The position numbers and the translations under genes were made by a program. Below the pieces are notes generated by a model. That model was not told the DNA's origin. It searched no databases and saw only the letters and a list, made by a program, of their open reading frames with translations. A stretch of 64,000 nucleotides of DNA. It comes from Monocercomonoides exilis PA203 (Eukaryota > Protista > Preaxostyla). Location: assembly GCA_001643675.2 (NCBI GenBank), contig LSRY02000003.1, forward strand, positions 62,001 to 126,000. Reading direction: 5' to 3'. Shown here in pieces: positions 1-12,300 of the stretch. How positions within the stretch are numbered: position 1 is the stretch's first letter; every line of letters begins with the position of its first letter.

Positions 1-76
1 TGATCAAAGACAAATCCAGCAATTCATTTATGTTTTCCTTTTTTATTGTTGCCTTATAAACGTTGATTTCTCTCTG

Positions 77-3000
77 ATGGGGCACGTTTCATCATCTTCT
101 TTGAAAAAGACTCAAAGTTCATTTCTTGACGAAGGAACAGTAACAGGTTTTTTTTTGCTTTTTGATTTTCCTGATTTTTCGAATTTTTCGGTTGGTTTGC
201 ACTTTAATAAAAAAATAGAAATCATAGCTCTTTTGACTCAAGAAACTGTTCAAAGAAGAAATTTTCTTCGATTTGTTTCCAAAAAAATGAGAGAAAAACT
301 TCTTTCAGGAAAAGAACTTCCTGTAACCGTTAGTATATTTGAAAGATTGGGAATTATTCTAAAGAAGGAAAAAACTGCTATTCAAAATTTAGCATTGAAC
401 ATTATATACATGTATGCCCGAAGAGGAGTTCAGCATTCTTGGATTGCTTCTGGAAATGCTTTTTTTGAGATGGCTCTTTTCACAAACATTCTTTCTGATC
501 TTGAGGCAATTATCATTGATGTCACAAAAAGTTACAACGTACGTATTCTATCTGTGCACTGCTACGTCCTTTTTATGCAAGGAAAGGTGATAAATCTAGA
601 TCTTTTGAACGGAATTCTTGATTTTATAATCGAAGATCTACAACCTATTCCTTCATTATCAAGCAGAATCCCTAAATTAACTGCATCGTTGTATCTTCTT
701 TCAATTCTTGCGAATCGCGGAGGTTTGCAACACAAAATATTTGAAAAAATTTTCATTTTTCCTTCAAAATATATATAAATTACTTCTTCCAGAACATCAT
801 GTTCTTATGACAATCAGAGGGGTATTTTCGCTCGTTAGGCTATATTTGCATCATCCGTGTGTTCCTGTGTCGCTTTCTGCTGTGTGTGCCGCGTCAGAGC
901 TGTGTTATGGATCACCCGAAAAAGTGACAGATCTTGTGGAACATGAGCATATTCTTCATCTGATGTATTATTTGCTTCCAATTCTGAATCCAGCGAGCGG
1001 AAGGTTGGTAGCACCAGCTGATGCAACTTTTGCGTTTTGTGGAGAAGAAGAGAGCGATTCAGAGGAGAAAGACGATGGAGGAGTAAGAGAAGACAAAAGA
1101 GAAAGAGAAAGAAGAAGAAGAATAGAAAATGCCAGATTGATAGCAGCATGCAATTCAAACACTTTCGAAGCAATAGAAGAAGAAGAAGATGGAAAGAGCG
1201 GAGATGCTGCTGATACACACAGCAGCTCTGAAATCAGAAAGAAAAAGAGGAAAAGACGAAAGAAAATGAAATACGACGATGCAAAAGAGGAAGCAGTCAA
1301 TGGGACACACAAAGACAGCACAAGAGACTTGAGCATCCAAAGTGGTATGTCCACAAAGCTCTATCAGTTTTCGCAGTTGGCAAAGAAAATGTTCGTCCCT
1401 TCGAAAGCGCCTGACATTCGCAACAAAAAACATCCCCATCACAAATTCCCCGGCCCTCTCACACTCTCCTTTGTGCTCTCCTTTCCGACTCGACTGCAGC
1501 CTTTTCTGCCTCGTCCACTTTCAGTCAATATTCCTGATGAAATTCTGCCTCAAAACAAACAAACACCCTCAGATGGAACTGCACTTGTTTCTTCCTCTTC
1601 TTCATCTTCATCACCATCATCATCATCATCATCTTCTTCTTCTTCTTCAATCTCTCCTTTCGTATATCCATCTTCATCTGACGTTCCTCTTCTCCACAGT
1701 CTTCTCCCAGCCTCTTCTGTGCTCAACACTTCCCTCTCTGCCCACACCACCTCTTCTCTGCTTTCTCTCTCTGACTCCAGCACTCAGCAAAACGACCCCT
1801 CTCAAGCAGATCAAGCTGCCCTTCCTCTTCTTCCCCCTCTTCCTTCTGAAAGTGTCTGCCCTCCAACAACAGCTGCTGTCACTTCTCTTTCGTATCTGCC
1901 GACACTCCATTCAGACGATTCCCTCTCAGACGCCCTCACCCCTCCTTCCACCCCTTCACCCCCAATGACACACAACAACCTGGCAATACAGACAAACAAG
2001 AGGTTGCTGCCTTCTTTGTCTTCCTCTTCTTCCTCTTTTTCTTCCTCTTCTTCCTCTTCTTTTTCCTCCTCTTCTTTTTCTTCTTCCTCTTTTTCTTCTT
2101 ATGACAACTTCGTTTTGTCTCTTTCTGTGCCTTCGTCTGTTCTCTCGCGCTTTCCTTCCATAAGACGATGGCTGATTGCCTCTAAAATTGTCATCAAAGA
2201 CGAAGTGATACGACCTGAAGAGCATTCGCAAGCACACTCAAGCAGCAAAAAGAGGAAAGAGGAGAAGAATGACAGGGGAAACGAAAGGGAGATGATGAAC
2301 AAGAAGAAGAAGAAAAAGAAGAAGGAAAAGGAAAAGGGGAAATGGAAGCACAGAAGTGGATCAGCAAAAGAAGAAGGCAGTTTGGCTGGAGAAGATGGCA
2401 AAGAAGAGAAAAGAAGGAAAACAAGAGAAAGAGAAAGGGAGAAAGAGAAAGAAAAGACAAGAGAAAAGAGAAAAAAAGAAAGAACAAATGAGCAAAGCAA
2501 AAAGCACAAGATGTTGAATGAGAAGGGATTTTATCCGCAATCACATGTTTTTGAGCCATTTCAGCTGACGAAGAGCAATCCATTGGACAGCTACGCATTG
2601 AAAGAGCAGCGAAAAGCAGAAAAGCGGAAGAAAGAGAGAGAGAAAGAGAGAAAGAGGCTGAGGGAGAAGATGAAAGAGAAAGAGAAGGAGAGAAAGATGA
2701 AGGCAGACAAACTGAAAGAACAGAAAATTCTGAACTTTATTCAAAGACTCAAAGAGAAAGAAAAGATGGCTTTGAAAGTGCCTTCAAAGAAAACACATTT
2801 AAACAGAGAAAAAGTCATCAAGAAGCCAGCTGAAGGAGGAGGGAACATTTCAGTTGACAAAAAGGAGGAAGAAAAAGGAGGAGGAGGAGGAGGAGGAGTT
2901 GGAGGAAGCGGTGGTGGAGATGAAGAAGAAGAGGAAGAAGAGGAAGTGGAAGAGGAAGACGATATAGTCGAGGAAGAGATTGTGTACAAGTGCGACAAGA

Positions 3001-6000
3001 TTGAGAAGCTGATGGTGAAACATTGGGATGTCTATTGTGAGGCAGAGATGAAATATGAAGTGGCCAAAGAGATGCAATGGAAAGAGAACTGCGAGAAAAG
3101 ACAGGCTGAACTTGGCTTGTCTCCTTCTGCTGGTGCAATCACAACAACAAACACTCAGAATCAGAACACCCCTTCTGCTTCTTCTGCTTCTTCTACTTCT
3201 ACTACTTCTGCTGCTGTTCCAATATCATCATCAGCATCTGCATCTTCCTCTTCATCCTCTTCTTCTTCTTCTTCTTCTGGCGTGGCTGATATTCCTTCAG
3301 TCTCTTTGTTTTCTCCTGCTCTTCTGTCCAACCATTCCCCCAATATCGCCAACTCTGCCTATCATTTCCAATCGCTTGAGTCTTCTTCCTCTGCAACACA
3401 ATCAGATGCAACAGCCTCTGCCAATCAATCTCATTTCCCTTCTCTTCTCAGACTGTCTCAATCTATGCACCATCTCAACAGCTCCAAGCTTCCTTCTTCT
3501 TCTTCTTCTTCTTCTTCTTTCAATCTTCATTTCTTGCCAAATGCTGATGTGCTTCCTTCCTCTTCTTCTTCTTCTTCTTCCACTTCATCTCCTCTTCGAC
3601 TCTCTGCCATTGCTCAATCATCATCTTCTTTATCTTCCTCTTCCTCTTCCTCTTCCTCTTCTTCTATTCTGTTTACCAGACCATATCAAGATGACTCCCA
3701 AAGTGCAACTATTGACACAAAACTCCCAATGCTCCATACGCCTTCTCCCATCCACCCCATCATCCATTCTCCTCAAACATTTGCTTATTCAACTCAGCCT
3801 CTTCCTTATTCTTCATCATCATCTTCCTCTTCCTCCTCCTCTTCTTCTTCTTCTGCCAATTGCAATGTAATCTCTTCATATCCTTCTTCTCCATTCGCCT
3901 CTTCCTCATCAAACAGCCCCCTTCATTCACCCAGCCATCTCACAAAGTGCAAAAGCAAACACCAAAACGAGATGACTTCTTCTTCTCCTTCTTCTTCTAC
4001 TGCCAAAGCCACATCATCATCATCATTCTCTTCTTCTTCTTCCTCTTCCTCTTCCACTTTGCATCGTCGCCAGCACATTCGCTCCAACTCCTTGTCTTCC
4101 ACTCCTTCTGCTGCGTCTGCTGCTGCCATCGCTGCCTCCTTCGCCCACACCATCCACTTGACAGCTGCTCAGCCTGTGTTTCCCTTCGACTTCATCCCAA
4201 CTTCCCTCCCTCCTTCTGCCCCAGGCACAGTTGTAGCTTCTCTCCCTCCTCCTCAACAGCCTCCTTCTCCTTCCAATTGTGACACAAACATCAACGGCAA
4301 CTCTGCTGAAATTGCATCAAACAATCATTTGGATGCTTCAAGTTGTCCTCCTTCAACAAAAGATGACAATCAAAAGTTGTCTTCTTTGTCTCATTCGTCT
4401 CCTCTGCCTCCTTCTTCCTCTTCTTCTTTCCTTCTTTCCTCTCCTTCTATGCTCACTCCACAATCAAATGCCTCTCTTTCCTCTTCTGTCTCTTTTCACA
4501 CGCCAACACCCCCTCAATCCTCTCCTCTTTCTTCCTCTTTCTCCAGCACATCATCTTCTTCTCCTTCTCCATCTGCTTCATCATCATCATCATCTTCTTC
4601 TTCTTCTTCCACCTCTTCCTTTTATTCCTCTCTTCCTTCCTCTCCCACCCGTTCCTTCTCTTCCACTCCTCCGTCTTCCCTCTCCTCCACCCCAAACATC
4701 CCCCACACCCCTCCTCTTCCTTCTCCTTCCTCTCCTTCCACACCTTCCACATCGCCTGAACCTTTTCTCGTCACCATCTCTCCACAAATCGCTTCGTTGC
4801 GCTCTCAAATTCTGATCAACAGAAGTCGAATGTCCAGACGCCGCTTCTCTTCTTACCGCAACACACCAAATGAAAAGAGAACTGTCTCACCTGCTCTGCC
4901 AAACAAGGAATCTTTTTCTACTTCTACCTCCTCTTCTTCTTCTCATTCAAAAATGTCATATTCGAAGAGTCATTCAGCTTCTCCTGCAATCAACAAAGTT
5001 ATTCCACAAACATCTTCCTCTTCCTCTGCATTTACCTCTTCTCCTTCTTCTCCCTCATCTCCTCTTTCTTCTCGTGTCATCAACTCATCTGCACTCTTCC
5101 ACAAGTTAACTTCTCCTCCGTCTCCTTCCTCTCTTTGCATCGCCCGTTCTGTTTCTGCTGCTCCTCAACAACAGCCAAACACGCAACATCAACAAAAACA
5201 AAAATATGAACATGAACATGAACATCATCACGACAATCAAAATGATTATGAACAATGTCGTTACAATCATCACACTCACAGTCACAATCATCATCATCAT
5301 CATCATCATCACTCACATTCTCCTCATTCTCCTTCTTCACCAACATCTCCTTCATCTTCATCATCTGCTCTTTCCAGCAAATGCATCAGCAAAAACAGCA
5401 ACACAAAAGCGAATGACAAAAAGGCTCATCCTTCTTCTTCTTCTCCTCCTCCTCGTTCTGCCTCTCAGCACAAAGAAAGAAGGTATTCTCTCTCCAAACT
5501 CGATCGCCTCACATTCCCCATCCCACCAAAGCCAACAGACAATCTTCTTTCTGATGCTTTTCCTGCATATTTTGTGAAGCCAAAGACGAACTCTTCGCCG
5601 GCTGTTCCGTCTCCTCTGCATGTCATCTCAACCGCAGCTGCTTCGTCAACTGCCTCAACAACAACATCCTCCTCTGCTCTCACTCTGTCTGCTTCCTCCT
5701 CTTTTTCTTCTTTGCCTCCCTCAAATTCGTCTTCGGCTGCTTTCCCTCCTTTCCGCCCGCTTTCTTCTTCCAAACTCTCTCCGTCTTCCAATTCGCCTCT
5801 GTTTTCATTCTCGTCTTCCTCTTCTCCTTCTTCCCACTCTCCTCTTTCCTTCCTCCGCTCTTCCACTCCCCCTTCTCTTCCTGCTGTCCATCCATCTGCC
5901 TCTTCCACAATTGACACCCCGCCTTCTTCTCCTCAGCTCAAAAAGAACACAAAGAAGGCAAAGAAATACATGTTGCCTACTGTCTCCAGCGTAGTCATCA

Positions 6001-7439
6001 CTCAAACAACTCTCAAAACTCCTCTTTCTTTGTCTTCTTCACCTTCTGCCCAACATTCACCTGCTTTCAAACAAACAGATGTTTATCAATTGCAATTGCA
6101 AAATAGAAAAGAATCAACTGCAACTACTTCTGCCACCACTCCTCTTCCTCTTCCTCCTCATCCACCACCTTCTTCTTCTTCTTCATCAAAGCCAGTTTGC
6201 ATTTCTTCTTCTGCAGAACCCATTCGCACAACAAACAACCCATCCAATCTCAATCTCTCTCATCCACATGCAGACAACAATCAAGCTGTGTCTGAGCCAA
6301 TGTATCCTTTCCTTCTTCCTCCTTCTCCTTTTGTTCTTCCTCTTTCTCCTCTTCTTGTTGCTCAGCTGCAGCCACAAAAGCAGCACCGCTTTTCTTTCTC
6401 CCTCTCATCGCTGTTGAAGCAATCGAAGAAGGACGATAGAAAAGAAGAGGATGAAGGAAATGAAGACAATAAAGAAGAAGAAAAAGACAAAATTGATGAA
6501 GAGGCAGAGGAGAACAGCGAGAAAAGCAACATCCAATCCAAACGGCTTCTTGTGCAGAACAACCCGTTCATCGAGCACCAGAGCCAGCACACTCTGCGAA
6601 AGAACACACCTTATTCATCATTGAGTGACGTGTGCATTGAGTCTGTCTCGAACATCCTGCATTTGGTGTTCTCCCTCTCTTGCTCGCCGGCTGTGCTGCA
6701 GCGCATATTTCAAATGAGAGGCTGGTTCGACCGCATCTCCACCTGCTGCCATCCTGATGCGCCACTCGAGTGGAGAAGGTGGAGCATCAACTGTTTGTAC
6801 AACTTTGTGTTCTTTTCAACTGTCGAGCAGCTTTCTCTGTTTGTACATACATCAGGCTGTGTGTCTATTCTGTCAGTGGCAAATTGTGAGTGTGTGGAGG
6901 TTGTGTTGCTACCAGCACTGAATGCGGTGTATTCACTTTTAAGGAAGACGAAGAAGCTCGCTTGGAAGCACGTGAACGAGAACGAAGAAGAGAGTGGAGA
7001 GGAGGATGAGGAAGAGATAGAAGATGAAGAAGAGGATCATATTGTTGGTAGAGAGAAAGAAAGAGATATGAAAGGAAGAAATGTCGATGATGATGAAGAG
7101 ATTATGTTGTTTGAAGGAGAATATTATGAAATTGAGGCTGAAAAGAGCAGAGAATTTGAATTTGACAACTTCAGCGACATAAACTATTCGAAGAGTTCGA
7201 ATAGCAAAACAAGCAGAAGCAGCAGAAAGACAAAGAAAAGAAAAGTTAAAGAAGAGTCTTCCAGTTGCAGTTGTTGCGATGTGGGTGTTCGTGAGATAGA
7301 TGTTGCAGATGCAGAAGTGGAAAGGCAGATGGAAGAAGACGGAATAAGAGACTTAGTCACGTCGTTGGTATTCCATCAGAATGGAAAGGTGAAAGGCACC
7401 TCGCGTGCTATTCTTGTGCTGATTGCTGATCGTTTATAA
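77..7439 (+). CDS. Armadillo-repeat (importin-alpha-like) protein with a very large Ser/Pro/Lys low-complexity insertion; spliced (introns ~147-218 and 723-792)
   Basis: ORFs 77..778 and 708..7439 join in frame on removing GT-AG intron 723..792 (LANRG-EHHVLMT). A probable in-frame intron lies at 147..218. ARM-like segments: SAVCAASELCYGSPEKVTDLVEHEHILHLMYYLL; RRWSINCLYNFVFFSTVEQLSLFVHTSGCVSIL; QMEEDGIRDLVTSLVFHQNGKV. The true start could lie further upstream. Confidence 0.65.
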
Positions 7440-9316
7440 GAAGAGCATGATTGAATGAACAACATTGATAGTGTTGTTTTAAAAAAAAATGAAGAATTGA
7501 GTCCAGATGTTGTGTGAACCATCCCAATCCTGTTGTTTTATGAACAAATTAATTCGTTTCTTGTTTAATCATTATATTTTAATTATTTTTTCGGAAAGTG
7601 TTTTCAATTGTCGAAATATGAGAGTTTCAGATAGGTTGATTGCAATTGTCATCATCATCATCATCATTGCTATTAGGAAATGCTTGTTCAAATAATTGAA
7701 TGCTTTGTTGTTATATTCACTGTATCATTGTTGTATTTTTCATTTTCACGCAATTTCAGTTCTTTTTTGCTGACTTTATTTTGAAGTTAAGCCAAAAGAT
7801 CTGTTTTGCTTCATTGTTGTTTCTTTCCATATGATGCCATTTTTGTTTAACTACATATTATTTAATTTGACGATTCAGAAATTTTATTCTTGTTGTATGA
7901 GCCCAGCATTTATTAGATGTTTATTTTTCTTTTTGAGAAGTTGATTGAGAAAGTGAACAATTTTTTATAGAAATTCATTATTTTGATCGTTTTTTTTTCT
8001 TTAAACAATCTTTTCTACATTTTCCCTTTTTACAAACATTAATTTATTCTTTTCATTCGTTTCTTTGTGATATCTTTTCTGTGATTGTACCAAATTTGCG
8101 TATCTATTTTTCAAGTAAAAAACAAATTTTTATAAGAGTATTTGCTTATTTATTTTCCATTCGTATTTCTTTTCATATCATATTCACTTAGAATTTTGTT
8201 TTCTTTGTTTTATATTTCAATTTGCGTTATATTGTGTTATGTTTTCTTCCCCTGATTTATGAAAAATTCAAATAAAGTACGAATGATGAGATCAATTCTT
8301 CAAAAGAAATTAAATTTTATTTTCCAGAAATTAATTTGGTATGATAAAATAAGATGCATCAGAAATTTGATTCTCTTTCAATGAATAACAAGAAATATTG
8401 TGATTTAATTTATCACAGATAGAACAACAAATATTGATTGCGCAAAAAACAACGGTCATTCTTGAATGAAAACTTCTGTGAAGAAAATGAAAATGTTCTT
8501 TCCAAATAATATTTCATAAGTGGAGAAAAAAATACTTATCAATAAAGCATTCGTGAAACACAAAAGAAACACAAAAATCATCCTCCTCTCCTCTTCCTCT
8601 TTTTCCTCTTCCTCTTTCGTAAATTGAATAAAAACTTCAAATTCTTTGTTGTTATTGAAGTGGAATGAAAAATAAAATTGAAATGTTTTGATTTCCGCGT
8701 TTAAAGACAATAAAACACCGTCCAACAAAAGAACTGAGAAAATATAAGCGCATTAAAAGTACGAACAATGTAAACGCTGATGGAAAATAAGAAGCAAAAA
8801 CAAAATTAAAGCACTCAAATTTCACATTTCGCAAATTATCAGAAAAAATGTCGGACTTTTAGTGCATCAACTTTGTAAAAATTAAAAGTTGCTCATTAAA
8901 AGAAAGGTGTTCAAAAAGAAAGGTAATTTCCAACATTTCAAAGCAAAAATAAATGAACTGATTTGAAGAACAAATTATTTTTATTGAAACAAAAAGTATC
9001 ACACTAACAACAGCAAAAATAAAGAATTGCCAAAGAAAAGAATGATAAAACGATGTTAGCAAATCAAATGCTATCAAAGATGAAATGAAACGATTGGAGA
9101 AAATCAAACATGTCATAAGCTAATTATAATTCTTGATTTCTATCATTGTGCATCGCACACAAAATTCAAATAAAAAAACCTAATGGAAATTCTGTAAATT
9201 AAATAAAATTCTAATCAAAGGTGTAAATCGGAAAGAATTAAAAATAATTCGCTTGCTCTTATCACATTTGATAACTGGCATACCAAATTAATCTTTTAAT
9301 TGGATTCAAAAGCATA

Positions 9317-12300
9317 TCACGAATTTGATAGTGCCAATATCTTCATCATGTCCTCAAACTGCTGTTTCTCCTTCATCGATGCATTTTCACCATTCAAATG
9401 ACGAATTGCAGATGGTGGAACAGATGGCACAAACATGTCCAGCTCTTCATCTTTATCCTCTCCGTAACTTTCGGCTGTATCCATTCGCATCCCAAGAAAT
9501 AGAGAAAGCTCACTATCACACTGCTGAATGTCCTTGTTGATGATTGTTGATGCAAGCAACGCCAAGTCTGACTCGCTCACATTCACTTCTTTCCTTTTGT
9601 TCTCTCCTTCATTCGCTTTCCTCTTGTTCGAGCTTCTTTTCTTCCTCTTGTGCCTTTTCCCAATCAAATGTGCAATGTCCTCATCGTCCCAGCTGTCCAC
9701 AAACTTCCAGAATATTTCCTCAGCTTTCTTCAGCAGATTAATATGTACCGCATAATGCTCCATCTTCGGTCTCATCGGGAACTCATACTTATCCATCAGG
9801 CTTTCTTCCAATGTGAAATGATTCAGCATTGTTATCATCATTTTCACAACAGAACTTCGCTCTTCCTGAATTAGCTCATCCATCTCATCTCGCGGCTCTT
9901 TATATGCACTCGCCTCAAAATCAGAATCTGCTTTCTTTGATCCGCCTTGTTTCTCTTTTCTTCTCTCTCTTTCTTTCCTATTTCTATCTTTCTCTTTCTC
10001 CTTTTCATTATTCTCTTTGTCTTTTCCTTTGCCTGTGCCTGTTTTCTTTCTTCTTTTTAACTTGATGTTCGTCAGCGCGTCAGCCACATCTGCAATTGAC
10101 TCAATTACTGTTCTGTGTGCGTCGTCCAGAATAGCAATTCCTGTTTCGCCGTCTTCTTCCAGCGCTATCTGAGGCCGATGAACATGAGCCAAATCGCCAA
10201 TTGCATTAGAAAGAAGTGAAATCTCTTTCAAAGCCGAAGGGATTGGCATGAATAGAAGCAAAGCTACCACAAACATCAACACAAGCACTGTGACAAACAC
10301 AGACAAGATGACCGTCTCAGATGTCTCTGCATAAGTCTCCATCTGCGCTAGAAGATGATCGCCTATTCGCATCATGCCCCATTGGATGTCTGCCTCTGAT
10401 GCCAGCATGATAAAGCTGAAATCATCTCCTTCATCGTCAATAAGTTCCTCCGGAGTCTCTGATAGCGCTGTTGTTGTCTCTTGATATCGCATCAGCAGCT
10501 CCTCCAATCCATTGTACAACCCCACAATACCTGGTGTTCGCAGCTCAGAACACTCCTGCTCATCCAAAACAAGACAGTCGGTTGGATTTTTCATTATCCA
10601 AGTCACAAAATCGTCTTTTCCTTGCACTTTTGGCACTGAAATAGCGTCCAACATGTCATCTCCTGTCAAATATGTAGATGAGCCTGCTTTGGCACCTTGC
10701 ATGAATCGCATAGTGAGTGTGATGAGGAGATTTCCAAGTCCAGCAATGATTGGTCGGACGTTCTTTCTGCTTGTAATGAAAGATGTGTTGCGAATAACTG
10801 GAGATGTGTAGCGGTCCGAGCGATACACAACGGAATTTCCACCTGTTTCTGTGCTTCCATAAAAATCATTGGAAAAAGGAAACGAGCCAGACGAATTTTC
10901 AGTAAATGAAGAATTATTTGCATTTGAGGATATAGGCGAAACATAATCATACTCCGGAAATACGTTGTTTCCTACGAACATCGTAGAAAACTGGGAGATC
11001 TGTACAACGATTACTCTTCGGTACTCGTTTATTGCAATAGAAGCAGCACGTGAGGTGATTTCACTCATAAATATCATAATAATCACAAAATAAGACTCAA
11101 CAAGAAACATAATCAGAACAATCCCCACGATAATCCTCACCTTCAGCCCTTTTGGCACAATCGAGTGAATGGACTGCAGCTTCTGCTCCACATCATCCTG
11201 CCTCCGCTGGACGATTCTATCAATCTCTATTTCCTCGTCCTCTTCAATCAGCTCTTCCATTTCTGTCTCTTTCGCTTTTGTTTTGTTCTTCTTTCTCGAT
11301 TTACGATGATGACTGCTTTCATTTTCATCGCTACTTGTTGATTCCTCTTTTGATTCGTCACTTTCGTTGCTGTCATCGTATTTTTTCTGGCTTTTAGAAT
11401 TTCTTCCTCGATTTTTGCTCTTTTTATCATATGCATCCTTCTTTTTAGTATTTGATGTTAAATTCTTTTTCTTTCCTTTATTTATTTTTCCAAAATCCGT
11501 TTCGTCATCATAGTCATCCTCATCTCCAGCATCTGTTCCATAAAGCTCATCTGAACTGTCTCTGAACGCCATTTTCGTGTCATTCGATTCTTCGTCAGTG
11601 TTATCACTTCTCCTGGAGTTTATTGAATTCTCATGCATTTCATCCTCTTCTCCACCAGCTGTGTTATTATCATCATCGTCATCTCCTTCCTCGCTGCTAT
11701 TATTGTACTTCTTGCTTCTCTTCTGCTTTTGTTTGCGTTTTAATCTTCTGCTCCTCTTTCCGTGATTGCTGCTATTCTTCTCATCTTCATCATCCTCATC
11801 GTTCTCGTTCTCGTTCTTATTAAACTTTGCACTGCTTCCTCCATTTGTCGATGAAAGTTCGCTGTTGATCTTCACTTTAATTGCCTTTTCTCCTGAATTA
11901 ATACTTCCTCCATCACCTTCTGATGTTATGTCTTCATTCCGCTCAGATTCCACATCCAACGACGATGTCGTTGTTCTTGTGGCCGAATTCGTTTTTGTGG
12001 AAGACTTCCCATTCGCTCCACCTTTCTCTATCTTCTCCAGCATCTGCTGCGCATCCTCAATGCTGATGGTGCACAGCAGCGAAAGCTTCTCCTTCCTTTC
12101 GATGATCAGCTGTCGAATAAATAGCGAGATAGGCAGGATGGTCGAGATGCCAAGAATGACCATTCCAATCACCAGGCAAACGATAACTGAAATAAACGCA
12201 GACTGCACATTATCCTCAACTCCAATGTTTGCAGTCAAAAAGATATTTTTCAGCTCTTCAGTCAACACAAATGGCGTGTTGAGGATAAGCGCAGCCATTC

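Noticed and set aside
7440-9316. Short ORFs in the AT-rich convergent intergenic region
   Set aside because: Phe/Ile-rich random frames with no repeats or RNA structure recognised.
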